Assembly (NCBI GenBank): GCA_963693365.1
Contig: CAVNZM010000004.1
Coordinates: 12,571,445-12,635,444, forward strand
Direction: 5' to 3'
DNA length: 64,000 bases
Source: Amoebidium appalachense
Lineage: Eukaryota > Protista > Ichthyosporea
Positions 53,252-62,488 of the stretch are shown in pieces. Each line of letters starts with the position of its first letter. Position 1 is the first letter of the stretch. Under the pieces are notes generated by a model. That model had not been told where the DNA came from. It was given only the letters and a program-made list of their open reading frames with translations, and did no database searches. Made by a program: the position numbers and the translations under genes.

Positions 53252-54262
53252 TCATTCATCCTCGGTATGATCGGATTGTACATTCATATTTGGACGGAAA
53301 AGGAGAGAGGGACGAGATGTGTTATGGTACACAACCAGAGATACACCATTGTCGTCATCACCACTATTTTCACTTTCACTTTCGCTTTCACTTTCACTCT
53401 CATCACCTGACTCGCAATAGGCCAATGTACGCACACGTTCCAAACGCACATGTTCCTCCAAAGACTCCATCTCCACATACAAAGCAAGAGCATCACCACC
53501 ACCATCACCACCCAAATCGTCACAACTACTCTTACGTCGTTTGACGGAGTCGCCAGAACCGCGTCGGCGAGGCAGACCACAACCAAAATGACACTCTTTC
53601 GGCTCGACGTTGTGATATCGCTTCAGACGCTGTTCGTTGTTGTACACGTCGCTTGTGAGTTTGGATTTCTGTGCCTGTAGCACTTTAATCTGACGAGAAA
53701 GGGCCCCAATCTCGTCCTTCTTCTGGGCATTCACGGCGGAGGTAAGGGCATACAAATACGAATACTCGGCCAACACACAACTGAAAACCTTCTTGTCTTC
53801 ATCGGTCACAGGCCACGGGTCTTGGTCGTATAGAGCACTGTCACGATATGTCATGAACGCGATGCATTTGCCAACAACGTCATCCCAATCAGCTTTGTAG
53901 GAGCGATGTACTTCGACGTCGGGAGAAAAAATAGAATCGGCATCGATTTTTTTCAAACACAACCGGAAGTCACGAACACCAATTGTTGCTATACCAGAGG
54001 TGTCGAGGGTGAGATGTGCACAAACGTCGAGCAACTTATCCAACAAAAAATCATATTCGTCAATCGAATCGACGACAGTTTCGTTAGTCACCGCGAGGAC
54101 CTGTGCGTGACGCCACAATCTGGCAAGGGAAGGCAGGGAAATCCGCATGTGGCTTTGCATGCTCGGGTCACGCTTGTGGGAGGGTCTTGTTTCCAGTGCA
54201 TCAAAGAAATCAATAATAACCCGAAAAGTCCCGGAGACACGAGCATAGCGAATAGAAGCCAT
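53252..54262 (-). CDS. Hypothetical viral protein (~336 aa) with coiled coil and acidic C-terminus
   Basis: Long intronless ORF (track 53252-54343), likely ATG at 54262 (MASIRY). Contains the coiled coil EIGALSRQIKVLQAQKSKL and an ESESESE tract. AATAAA downstream on the minus strand (~53130). Confidence 0.75.
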   Translation of the reverse strand: MASIRYARVSGTFRVIIDFFDALETRPSHKRDPSMQSHMRISLPSLARLWRHAQVLAVTNETVVDSIDEYDFLLDKLLDVCAHLTLDTSGIATIGVRDFRLCLKKIDADSIFSPDVEVHRSYKADWDDVVGKCIAFMTYRDSALYDQDPWPVTDEDKKVFSCVLAEYSYLYALTSAVNAQKKDEIGALSRQIKVLQAQKSKLTSDVYNNEQRLKRYHNVEPKECHFGCGLPRRRGSGDSVKRRKSSCDDLGGDGGGDALALYVEMESLEEHVRLERVRTLAYCESGDESESESESESENSGDDDNGVSLVVYHNTSRPSLLFRPNMNVQSDHTEDE

Positions 54263-54340
54263 TGTGAACCCGTTAACACGAACGATTCCAAACGGGCTTA
54301 AAAACACAATCAAACACCGAAATTTTGTGTCGCTACATGT

Positions 54341-54551
54341 CACGGTTCGTAGACGATGGAAAACAGAAAAAAAAAATCTCTTCTAAAAAAAGGACGCTTA
54401 CAACACGGCTCGTTCACGATGGAAAACAGAAAAAAAGTCTCTTCTAAAAAAGGACGCTTACAACACGGCTCGTTCACGATGGAAAACAGAAAAAAAGTCT
54501 CTTCTAAAAAAGGACGCTTACAACACGGCTCGTTCACGATGGAAAACAGAA
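54341..54551. repeat. 60-bp tandem repeat, about 3.5 copies
   Basis: Unit CACGGCTCGTTCACGATGGAAAACAGAAAAAAAGTCTCTTCTAAAAAAGGACGCTTACAA; copies 2 and 3 are identical. Confidence 0.95.
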
Positions 54552-54867
54552 GGCTTCTGCGATGCGAAGAGTCCTTATAAACATCTGCATTAGCGCAACC
54601 ACCAAAACGAACCAATGCGCATCACGTAGGGTTCAACTCAGCAGAAACATAGCCAATTAAAACAATGCTTTAATTTCGCTTGGCCAATTAAAGGGCTCGC
54701 CTTTCACGTTTTTTGGAGTGATTATTTCGTCTGGCCAATCAAGTGGCCTCGCGTTTCGCTTTGCAAAAAAAAAAAAAAAAAGTTCGCCGAGTGAACAACC
54801 AACCAAACCACGCAAAAAGCACGCCACCACACATGCTTCCCATTATGGTGATTACCGCGGCGTTCGG

Positions 54868-55062
54868 GACCAATCAGATCAGCGGTCAAACCACGCGAAC
54901 CAATCAGATCAACGGTCAAACCGGATGGACCAATCAGATCAACGGTCAAAACACACAAACCAATTAGATCAGCGGTCAAACCGGGCGGACTAATCAGATC
55001 AGAGGTCAAGCCGGGCGGACCAATTAGATCAGCGGTCAAACCGGGCGGACCAACCAGATCCG
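54868..55062. repeat. 30-bp tandem array of CCAAT-containing units (6 full + 1 partial)
   Basis: Core ACCAATCAGATCARCGGTCAAA followed by a more variable ~8 nt (ccacgcga, ccggatgg, acacacaa, ccgggcgg...), period exactly 30 bp. It lies between divergent genes. Confidence 0.92.
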
Positions 55063-55163
55063 ATTTAGATACGGATCGAAAAAAAAAAGGCCCAGGCGGT
55101 GCTGTGAAGGGTCGTATCGCGCGACAGACACAGGCTTCCTCTTTTTATTGGTACAAGTGCACA

Positions 55164-55433
55164 ATGTGGCCTTGGGTAGTCGCGTCCGCCATCTCATTCG
55201 TCCTGTTCTGGTTGACGCTGATATCATGTGACGTTCATAGAATAAACAGATCACTGAAGCAAAAAACCGGGTCCCACCCAATACTGGACCCATTATGCGA
55301 CAACTTCATGATTCGCTGGCTGTGGATACTGTTGCCACTAATGCTTGCATATACATACACCACATCCACACAATTCACCGAGACGGAAACCGCACAGAAA
55401 ATACTTTCAGGTGCTACACCCGTATCAACTTGA
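55164..55433 (+). CDS. Small two-TM hypothetical viral membrane protein (89 aa)
   Basis: MWPWVVASAISFVLFWLTLISC...FMIRWLWILLPLMLAYTY, two hydrophobic segments. Starts just after the CCAAT array. Confidence 0.65.
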   Translation: MWPWVVASAISFVLFWLTLISCDVHRINRSLKQKTGSHPILDPLCDNFMIRWLWILLPLMLAYTYTTSTQFTETETAQKILSGATPVST

Positions 55434-55761
55434 AACGACCCACCCCTTTGAAAGGTGGATCCCACCAGGGCTCTCGCTTGGCAATCACCACGACTTCCGG
55501 TACACGAGACTGTGTTTTTGTCAAAACACCGACGAGTTCACCGACATTCCAACATATATCTGGAATCGACAGGCTGCTCGCCAACGCGTTCACAACAAAG
55601 CGGCTTTTTTGATCCACTCCACATACTTGTGTAATCAAATCACTCGTCGCGGAAAGAACCACAGTCCCAGAGTGAGCACGCGCGCTGCGCAGCATGTTGT
55701 CTAACCGCCCGCGATCTCCCACGTACCAATAACACCCTGGGTTGTACACTTCCACGTCCAT
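55414..55761 (-). CDS. Hypothetical viral protein (~115 aa)
   Basis: ATG at 55761 (MDVEVYNPGCYWYVG...). Tail-to-tail 20-bp overlap with the 55164-55433 ORF. Confidence 0.6.
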   Translation of the reverse strand: MDVEVYNPGCYWYVGDRGRLDNMLRSARAHSGTVVLSATSDLITQVCGVDQKSRFVVNALASSLSIPDICWNVGELVGVLTKTQSRVPEVVVIAKREPWWDPPFKGVGRFKLIRV

Positions 55762-55959
55762 TTCACAAGGAAAAAGATTAAATTGACACGACTGACCAAC
55801 GATCACTGGGTTTTATTGTTTATCAATATACAAATGACATTCCTCCAAAAATAGCGGATACAGTGCCACCGGTGACCAGTCACCTGCATTTATTAGGACG
55901 AAACCCACAAGACCCCAAGCGGGCCTGTCCGCGGAGGACAAATCCACGGCAAGCCGTCT

Positions 55960-56832
55960 TCAAAGTGCGTGTCCTACATGGCCTGAGTTGTTCCACGGTG
56001 TCGGTCTTCTACGCAGGCTGCGAGGCAGGCCGAAGAACTCGGTTGTGCGGTTGCGGGCGTGGACGGTGTCCAACACGGCGTCCCTTAGCGGCAGACCCGC
56101 GTTCTCGACCTGGACGTTGACCCGCTCAAAGAACGGGTCGAGCCACTCGGAGGCCCAGTCGTCAAGCGCGGTGGTGAAGTCTTGAGCGGCCACAGCGCCG
56201 GGGGCCATCGAAACGGGGGCACCGTGCTCGATCCCGACGCGGTAGGCACCCTCTTGCAGGGTGGACGGAGGCGCGGCAGGGGATGGGGTAGTGCATACGA
56301 CGTTCTCAAACAGGAGGCTGGGCATGACCCAGTAGGGTTTCCTGGAGATGGCAGGCGCCACACCATCGACTTCATCCAAGTTGGGATCCCCAAAAACGTT
56401 CCAGAAAACCCATCCGTCTCTGGTCGGCTTGGTGGCGTATACGGGGGGCCGTCGTTCACATCTGTAACCATACCCCATGCCGGCCTCGCTGTCGCTGAGC
56501 GTGGTGTCGAATTCATAGTAGTATTCGCTGAGGGTCGGGTCGGTAACGGGGTGTCCGGGCTTGTACAGTTTGATGTAGCCGCGCATGGAACGTTCGTCGC
56601 GCTCATAACGAGTCATGCCATTTACACCAACACTCTGGACACTGATCTGTCCGTTTGACAGAATGGGAATAGCCACCCTGTGTGCGTGGTCCCATCTCGA
56701 CTCAATTAGGCACGACCAATCCCGGCCATCGCCCGTGGATTCTGCAACGCATTCAAATTTGCGGTCTAGGTACCTCGTGAGCTCGTCCTCCGTGGCGATG
56801 CGGGTCAGTTCCATGCGCACCGGCATTTTCAT
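55960..56832 (-). CDS. Hypothetical viral protein (290 aa)
   Basis: Intronless ORF with globular composition; CCAAT cluster upstream (56925-57030) and AATAAA downstream (~55890). Confidence 0.8.
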   Translation of the reverse strand: MKMPVRMELTRIATEDELTRYLDRKFECVAESTGDGRDWSCLIESRWDHAHRVAIPILSNGQISVQSVGVNGMTRYERDERSMRGYIKLYKPGHPVTDPTLSEYYYEFDTTLSDSEAGMGYGYRCERRPPVYATKPTRDGWVFWNVFGDPNLDEVDGVAPAISRKPYWVMPSLLFENVVCTTPSPAAPPSTLQEGAYRVGIEHGAPVSMAPGAVAAQDFTTALDDWASEWLDPFFERVNVQVENAGLPLRDAVLDTVHARNRTTEFFGLPRSLRRRPTPWNNSGHVGHAL

Positions 56833-57063
56833 AACACAGAATGTTCATGTGAAATTGGAAATGCGAACTGGTGGCCTGTTCTTGTGTGGTAAGCTTTTAT
56901 ACCAGATGTCGCGCAAGCATCAAGCCAATCAGATCACACCCGTCAACCAATCAAGAACCAATTAAAGAGCAAACACAAGATCCACCAATCGGAAATCAGA
57001 AGTCAAATCCAAAGACCTTGCACCAATCAAAGCCACAACATCCCCCCTGATCTGTCGCGCTGC

Positions 57064-57354
57064 CTAGTTCTCTTTATTTTCCATGGGCGGCTCCGGCTCG
57101 TCATCGGGTTCTAACATCCTTTGCATGACAATCGCGGTCATGGCCTGGTTCTTGGGCACCCAGTGCTTGAACCCGCACTTCCGCGCGAGCTCGTCGGGCA
57201 GGTCGATGTAGCCCTTGTCCGCGAGCTCCCTGGCGTAGCGCTGCTTCTCGCGCTCGGTGTGGCGTTGCGTTTCCTCTGTGGGGACAACCGTGGCCTGGAT
57301 GACGGGGGCCTTGCCTGGCTCCTCCTTGAGCTTGTATTCCCAGCGATACGCCAT
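57064..57354 (-). CDS. Hypothetical viral protein (96 aa)
   Basis: ATG-started, GC3-rich ORF MAYRWEYKLKEEPGK... Confidence 0.75.
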   Translation of the reverse strand: MAYRWEYKLKEEPGKAPVIQATVVPTEETQRHTEREKQRYARELADKGYIDLPDELARKCGFKHWVPKNQAMTAIVMQRMLEPDDEPEPPMENKEN

Positions 57355-57469
57355 ACGTGTGGCACCAATAAAAATACAAACAGACGTTTATTGAGTTTGT
57401 GTGTTGTGAAGGCGGGGGCCAGCCCCGCGTGTGTGTAGTTAAATGTACATGGTGTGTGTGCGTGTGTGG

Positions 57470-58420
57470 TCAAGCCTGCGGCGCGCGTGCAAACAGGCCG
57501 TGTGCGACCTCGTAGAACTGGGCCGTTTCACCGACCCTCCACTTCTCGCCGGCGAGCTCGACGACGACGGGATCGGACGTGATGGGGGTGATGAGGCGCG
57601 GACGAGGCGCGCACTCCGTGTCCAAGGAGACGCTTGCAAAGCCCTCCATGACTAGGAAGGAGGGGTGTTCGGGAAGGCACATGCCGCGGACGCGCGGGTG
57701 GTAAGGACTTGCAACGATCCAGACGATGCACAGGTGGCGCAGCCTGCACAGGGTGCGGATAGCGCGCATGAACGACGCGGTCCATACTGCGCGGACAGCG
57801 ACCAGGGTCTCCATGTCGTAGGCGCGCCACGGGGTGAAGTGGTTCGTCATGGTCAGGCGCTGGACTGCGCGGATGAAGAGCACGGGGGGCGCGGGGTCGG
57901 TGTAGGTGTCCTCGTCGTCGCTGGGCAGGTCGGTGTCGACGTGTGTGATGCGCACGGTCTTGCAGTTTGAGATGCGACCGCGGACGAAGCACGCGGACAG
58001 CTGGACGGCAGAGGCGTTCGCGATGACGCCCTCGATGAACAGGTCACCGTAGAAGGTGACATCGACGGTCTCGAGCGCCGTGCAGGCGTCGAAGCCCACG
58101 AGGTGCAGTGCGGCGTCGGCCTCGAAGAGCTCTGACCTGTTGAGTTGGATCAGACGGTCGCCCTTCTCCGACTGGTCGTCCCATGCGCTCGTTATGCACA
58201 GGTGGCGGAGGCCGGGGGGCAGCTTGACGGTGATGGACTGGTTCAGATCGCGTGAGAAGAGGGCTACGATGTCCAGGGTGATCACCTCCATGGCGCTCCT
58301 GGTCGAGAAGTCGATCTTGACGGTGGGGTGGAACAGGTGCGCCCTGATGTTGGCTTCGAGGTCTGGGTTGTCGACCTCCTCCTTGAGCAGAAAGTACGGT
58401 GCCTCGGTGATAAGCGCCAT
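57470..58420 (-). CDS. FNIP/LRR-like repeat protein (~316 aa)
   Basis: Likely ATG at 58420 (MALITEAPY). DLNQSITVKLPPGLRHLCI resembles the FNIP repeat (FNQ.I...LP..L..L), with further LxxLxI-type segments (ALETVDVT, VQRLTM, LRHLCIV). The family call is tentative. Confidence 0.6.
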   Translation of the reverse strand: MALITEAPYFLLKEEVDNPDLEANIRAHLFHPTVKIDFSTRSAMEVITLDIVALFSRDLNQSITVKLPPGLRHLCITSAWDDQSEKGDRLIQLNRSELFEADAALHLVGFDACTALETVDVTFYGDLFIEGVIANASAVQLSACFVRGRISNCKTVRITHVDTDLPSDDEDTYTDPAPPVLFIRAVQRLTMTNHFTPWRAYDMETLVAVRAVWTASFMRAIRTLCRLRHLCIVWIVASPYHPRVRGMCLPEHPSFLVMEGFASVSLDTECAPRPRLITPITSDPVVVELAGEKWRVGETAQFYEVAHGLFARAPQA

Positions 58421-58489
58421 TCTTGTGTCGGTTCCCGTGTTTGCCCGGTGCGATTCTTGGAGCCATTTTAATGGCCGTTGCCGCTTGGG

Positions 58490-58592
58490 ATACGATGACG
58501 TCATCGCCCAATGGCGATTTCCGCCCAAGAGCGCCCATCCAATCAAGGACGTCCACGAGCACCCACCCAATCGGGAGGTGTCGTTACGTCAT
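58490..58592. promoter_or_regulatory. Intergenic CRE + CCAAT promoter cluster
   Basis: The palindrome GATGACGTCATC (~58494-58505), three CCAAT boxes and TTACGTCATC lie directly upstream of the 58420 ATG. Confidence 0.55.
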
Positions 58593-59630
58593 CATACCCG
58601 AGCCCGAAGATCGTGCGGACTTCCAGAGCACGGTGCACGTACGTACGTTCTCCAGAGCGTCCAATACAACCCAAACCAACGCGTGAGGAACCATGTGCTG
58701 TTGCCCGGATACGAAGCTAAGTTTGAGTCCGCTGCGCCGACCGTCTTGAACCATCCAACATTATCCTTGGTCGAGTAGTAGAAAGACTTGCATTTCGGTT
58801 CTGCGACGCACGCGGTCTTCACTTCGTCCACCGACCCCTTCATCGACCGAACATCGCTTCCGGCGTGCCCGACATCCAATCGCTGCACCTAATTGGGTCC
58901 GGACACCGGCAGACCCGACTGCCAGAGCACGGTTCCGTCGGCGTCGCGCACGTAGGCGACACCGTCGTTCTCGATTGTCAGGATCGCCGTGCCCAGCTTC
59001 CCCTTGCGGTAGGTGTTCGACGCCCATATGACCGCACCCTTTGCGTCGTACACCACCAGATTGTTGTCCTCCTGCATGACGAGAGAGTAGGGCGCGGTAC
59101 CGTTGTTGGTCTTGTTGTGTGCCCAGAGGACCTTGTTGCTGCCGCGTTCGGCGACTATGGTGTTCCCATCTCTCTCCTGCACCAGTTTGTACCGACCGTC
59201 GGGCGACACGATCGCCTCATAGGATGTGCTGGACCCCACGATCTTTTTGCCGCTTCCCACCATGCTCCTGGCTGGTGGCTCCTCCTTCTTCACGACAGCG
59301 GTGGGGGCGTTGGGGCAGGTGGGACAGTCGGGGCACTTCTCCTTGGGGGGGCAGGTCGGGCAGGTCGGGCACGTGGGGCACTTTGTGGGGGCCAGGGTGG
59401 GGCACGTCGGACAGGTGGGGCAATCCGGGCACTTCTTTTCGGGGGGGCAGACCGGACAGCTGTTGCATATGCCGCAGGGGCGCCTGCACTTGAGGGTGGT
59501 GATGTAGCGGTAAAAGCGGGGCCGGTTGACGTCGTACACGACGAGGAGGACGAACAGGGCACACAGGCACCACACCCACGTAGACACGCTGGGGCGGCGG
59601 GGGGAAAACCTGTGACGGGGGCAAGTCCAT
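58592..59630 (-). pseudogene. Membrane-anchored CPxCP-stalk + bulb-type (mannose-binding) lectin + PAN/apple protein, interrupted by a +1 frameshift and an in-frame TAG (pseudogene, readthrough, or assembly error)
   Basis: The ATG at 59630 joins the long frame if one C is removed from the C5 run (59617-59621), giving MDLPRHRFSPRRPSVSTWVWCLCALFVLLVV. This is followed by CPDCPTCP repeats and a B-lectin (LVMQEDNNLVVYDAKGAVIWASNT, DGTVLWQS). After TAG at 58891-58889 the same frame continues VQRLDVGHAGSDVRSMKGSVDEVKTACVAEPKCKSFYY...WFK (PAN-like). Confidence 0.75.
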
Positions 59631-59676
59631 TTGGTAGACCCACATGAAAATTGCACACCGTCCTGTTTGGCAAGCT

Positions 59677-60087
59677 TTATTTGAGCGGCTCGCGGCGCAG
59701 CGCGGATGCCACGCGGGCAGTCCAGGCGCACCTGCCACGCAAGTTCGCGGCGAAGGCCTGATATGGAAGCGTCTGTGAGAACCACTCGCCCTTGTTGACG
59801 TCCCAGTAGCGGAGCCCGTTGTTCTTCGATATGTGGACCCGGGGACAGCTGCGGCAGTCCGGAACGGTCTCGCTGTCAGCGTCGAAGCCCTCGGCGAGGT
59901 ACTTGTCGTACAGCGCCTGTCCGCACGCGATTGCGTCGCAGCCCGCGTAGGGTCCAGGGTCGGGCAGTGGACGACCTTCCATGGCCGCACGCACCGACCG
60001 CCACACCGACGCCGCCTGGTGCCGAGCCGCGATTGCAGCAAACGTCAGCGCGCATAGGACACACACAACCAGTACCAGATACATCAC
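59677..60087 (-). CDS. Hypothetical secreted/membrane Cys-containing viral protein (136 aa)
   Basis: N-terminal hydrophobic segment MMYLVLVVCVLCALTFAAIAA; the stop TAA is embedded in AATAAA. Confidence 0.75.
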   Translation of the reverse strand: MMYLVLVVCVLCALTFAAIAARHQAASVWRSVRAAMEGRPLPDPGPYAGCDAIACGQALYDKYLAEGFDADSETVPDCRSCPRVHISKNNGLRYWDVNKGEWFSQTLPYQAFAANLRGRCAWTARVASALRREPLK

Positions 60088-60130
60088 TGTGAGACACCAG
60101 CATTACGTCCAACCCCAAGACCGCGAGCGG

Positions 60131-61483
60131 CTATTTGATCCCAACTAGGACGGTGAAGCGACCGCCGACCCTGTACCCCATCTCATCCACGACGGCCACG
60201 CGCAGCCCCTCGACGTGCTCGAGCGACGTGGCGAGCTGCGGCGACGCCTGTAGGTCTTCGCTGATGCCGCAGGCGGCGCCGTGGACACCCGCGGACACGA
60301 TGCGGCCCTGCAGGCTTGTCTCGCCGTGCATGACCGTGACCAGCAGCGCGCCCCGAGGCGCCAGGGGAGGCGTGGACCCGACGATGCACTGGATGTTGTC
60401 TGCGGCGCAGGGAAGCTGTTGGTCGCCTTCGGCCACGGGGGCGTGGTCGCGGCCGTCGAAGTACCTTGCAAGCGGGGGCAACCCGCTGGTGAGGCTGTGA
60501 CTGACGTGGCCGCCGACCTCGAAACCCAGGACGCGCGCAAGGCCGCGTGGGACATCGAGGGTGAACGTAGGGACAGTTGCATATGGGGCCCAGTGCTTGA
60601 CGACGTCGGGTGTGAGTGTCTTGTGGTGGTGGATGCTGATGACCAGGCGATCGGGAATCGCCAGCTGCGACGGGGACATAAACGAGTAGAGCGTGTGGTG
60701 GAACGGCCACTTGAAGCGGTTGTGGGGGTCACGCTCGTTTGCCAGCTCTCGCCATGCCCAAGGGTTCTCCCGATAGTGTATCTGCGCCAGCTGCAGCACC
60801 TCGTGGGCCAGGTGATCGGCGGGGCCCGAAGTGCGCGGCGCCCACCTGTCCTTTGCGAGGAAGTCTTCTTGGCGGGTCCATGCCTCGCCATTGCGCTCGG
60901 CGGCGGCCTTGATGACGGCCGTGTGTGTGACCTTTGCGTAGTACGGGACTGCATCCGGGAACACGTCGAGGAGGTCTGCGATGTCATCGATGTTATACGA
61001 GGGCTTGTAGCAATCGGCGATGGCCTGATCTAGACGGGCCTCCAATTCAGCGCACAGGGCGCCGATTGTATAGTGCCCGACCGGCAGGTAGATGTCTGCA
61101 GTCGAATGTGTCCACGAGCCCGGGTGGCGGCCATCTGGCGAGTCGAGGAACGACAGCCCCAGCACCAATCTGTTGGAGCCCTCTGACACGTCGTACACGG
61201 AATGCACCCGTGCGCCCTCGACGCGAACACCGTGGACCGAGCGGGGAGCGGAGAACTCTATCTTCAGCGGGCCACCATGTGTGTCGCCGCTGACAAAGTG
61301 GTATCGCCAGGGAGCCTGGGACGCTTGGGCGGGTGAGCTCCGGGCGGAGGCATCGCCTACCACTGATGTGCGGGACGGGGTTGGAAGTGCGGGTCCGTGG
61401 GGAAAGGCCCGTCGTGCCATGGCGGCGGAGAAGTCGATGTGTGAAGCCATGTCGTCGAGAATACGGGAGCGCGCCTTCGACAT
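60131..61483 (-). CDS. Putative penton / minor capsid protein (single jelly roll with inserted domain), 450 aa
   Basis: Motif order matches NCLDV/polinton pentons: KIEF..PRSVHGVRVEGARVHSVYDVSEGSNRL, IYLPVGHYTIGALCAELEARL (ip.GnY...l...l), LARVLGF, and C-terminal LEHVEGLRVAVVDEMGYRV...FTVLVGIK. Recognised by pattern only, not by database search. Confidence 0.7.
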   Translation of the reverse strand: MSKARSRILDDMASHIDFSAAMARRAFPHGPALPTPSRTSVVGDASARSSPAQASQAPWRYHFVSGDTHGGPLKIEFSAPRSVHGVRVEGARVHSVYDVSEGSNRLVLGLSFLDSPDGRHPGSWTHSTADIYLPVGHYTIGALCAELEARLDQAIADCYKPSYNIDDIADLLDVFPDAVPYYAKVTHTAVIKAAAERNGEAWTRQEDFLAKDRWAPRTSGPADHLAHEVLQLAQIHYRENPWAWRELANERDPHNRFKWPFHHTLYSFMSPSQLAIPDRLVISIHHHKTLTPDVVKHWAPYATVPTFTLDVPRGLARVLGFEVGGHVSHSLTSGLPPLARYFDGRDHAPVAEGDQQLPCAADNIQCIVGSTPPLAPRGALLVTVMHGETSLQGRIVSAGVHGAACGISEDLQASPQLATSLEHVEGLRVAVVDEMGYRVGGRFTVLVGIK

Positions 61484-61508
61484 CCTACAGGTGGGTGAGC
61501 ATAAAAGC

Positions 61509-61878
61509 TCAGTCCATGACTGTGCAGTTGCACTGCCAACGGGCCTTGGGTCCCGGGGCAGAAGGTGCGGGCGTCATGCTGGGTGTCCACACCCAAGTCT
61601 CGGGTGTAGTGGTGGGGGTGGCTGGGGACGGGGTGACGTCATCATCGGAGGAAATCTGTGACCCGGAGCCACTGGCGGGGAAGTCGAGTGGGACCTCATC
61701 GTCTGTCGGCGCGGGGATGCCGGGGGGGCCAGACCGCAGGTGCGGTTTCAGCGACGGCCTCGGTGGCTGCGAGACTGGACGCGGGGCCGGTGCTTTGGTA
61801 TATGCACTGTGGGGCAGCGAACGACCCGGCGGCAAGGGCGAAGACGGCGTAGAGGTTGTTGAGCATTACTTGTAGCAT
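61509..61878 (-). pseudogene. Secreted mucin-like (P/T/S-rich) small protein with +1 frameshift in a C7 run
   Basis: MLQVMLNNLYAVFALAAGSFAAPQC...PAVWPP continues as GIPAPTDDEVPLDF...TPTTTPETW...WQCNCTVMD* if one base is removed from the G7 run at 61722-61728 (plus strand). Confidence 0.6.
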
Positions 61879-61886
61879 ATAAAATT

Positions 61887-62483
61887 CTAGGCGCCGCGGA
61901 GGTCCAAGACGGCAAGAAACAACGTTATGGCAGGGAACGGGAACATGTCAAGACAGAGCCTGAAGCGCCAGAACCGCGCGATGCATATCGCAACATTGAC
62001 ACCCCGAAATCCATATTGGACGCCGAGGTCGTCCGTGTAGACAAACCACGAGGGCATCGGGATGATTGGTAAACCGCCCAGGCCAAGCGAAGCGGCCACT
62101 CCCAGTTCGATACGGGCAGTGGGTAGCGAAGCGGGTGACCAATTTGTGTGGTTAGGTGTACGCGTGTTGATTCTTACGTTAGCGAGGCTTGGCCTCGGTA
62201 GTGTGTGTTTCGCGGCGGTCGTGGCTCCGGTCTGTGAATGTATGAAGACAAATTCTGAGGCATCGGCCCTGTCGTCGGTGAACGTGACGACGTTGTGATC
62301 CGGCAAAGCCTTCCAATACATACGCAGATCCCCAACGCGGGTGCACACGTATGGGTCATCCCTCTGCCATGGCAGTGCCATGCCAGTCTGTTGGGTGTCT
62401 GCCAGATCGGGCGGCCAATCAGTTGGTTCGCTCAGCAGAGCCAGTTGCTTGCTAACATATCGACCTGAATGAAGGATGTGCAT
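61887..62483 (-). CDS. Hypothetical viral protein (198 aa)
   Basis: Intronless ORF co-oriented with its neighbours, ending 9 bp before the next ATG. Confidence 0.6.
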   Translation of the reverse strand: MHILHSGRYVSKQLALLSEPTDWPPDLADTQQTGMALPWQRDDPYVCTRVGDLRMYWKALPDHNVVTFTDDRADASEFVFIHSQTGATTAAKHTLPRPSLANVRINTRTPNHTNWSPASLPTARIELGVAASLGLGGLPIIPMPSWFVYTDDLGVQYGFRGVNVAICIARFWRFRLCLDMFPFPAITLFLAVLDLRGA

Positions 62484-62488
62484 ATCGT

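Noticed and set aside
54868-55062. CRISPR-like repeat-spacer appearance of the 30-bp array
   Set aside because: The variable parts are only ~8 nt and several are identical; there are no cas genes and the context is eukaryotic/viral.
59631-59785. N-terminal extension of the 298-aa lectin ORF in the track
   Set aside because: It has a non-ATG start and overlaps the upstream gene and its AATAAA. The ATG at 59630 with a homopolymer frameshift is more plausible.
58056-61661. Long plus-strand ORFs (58056-58778, 58865-59647, 60281-61033, 61092-61661)
   Set aside because: They are antisense shadows of GC-rich minus-strand genes that have recognisable domains.
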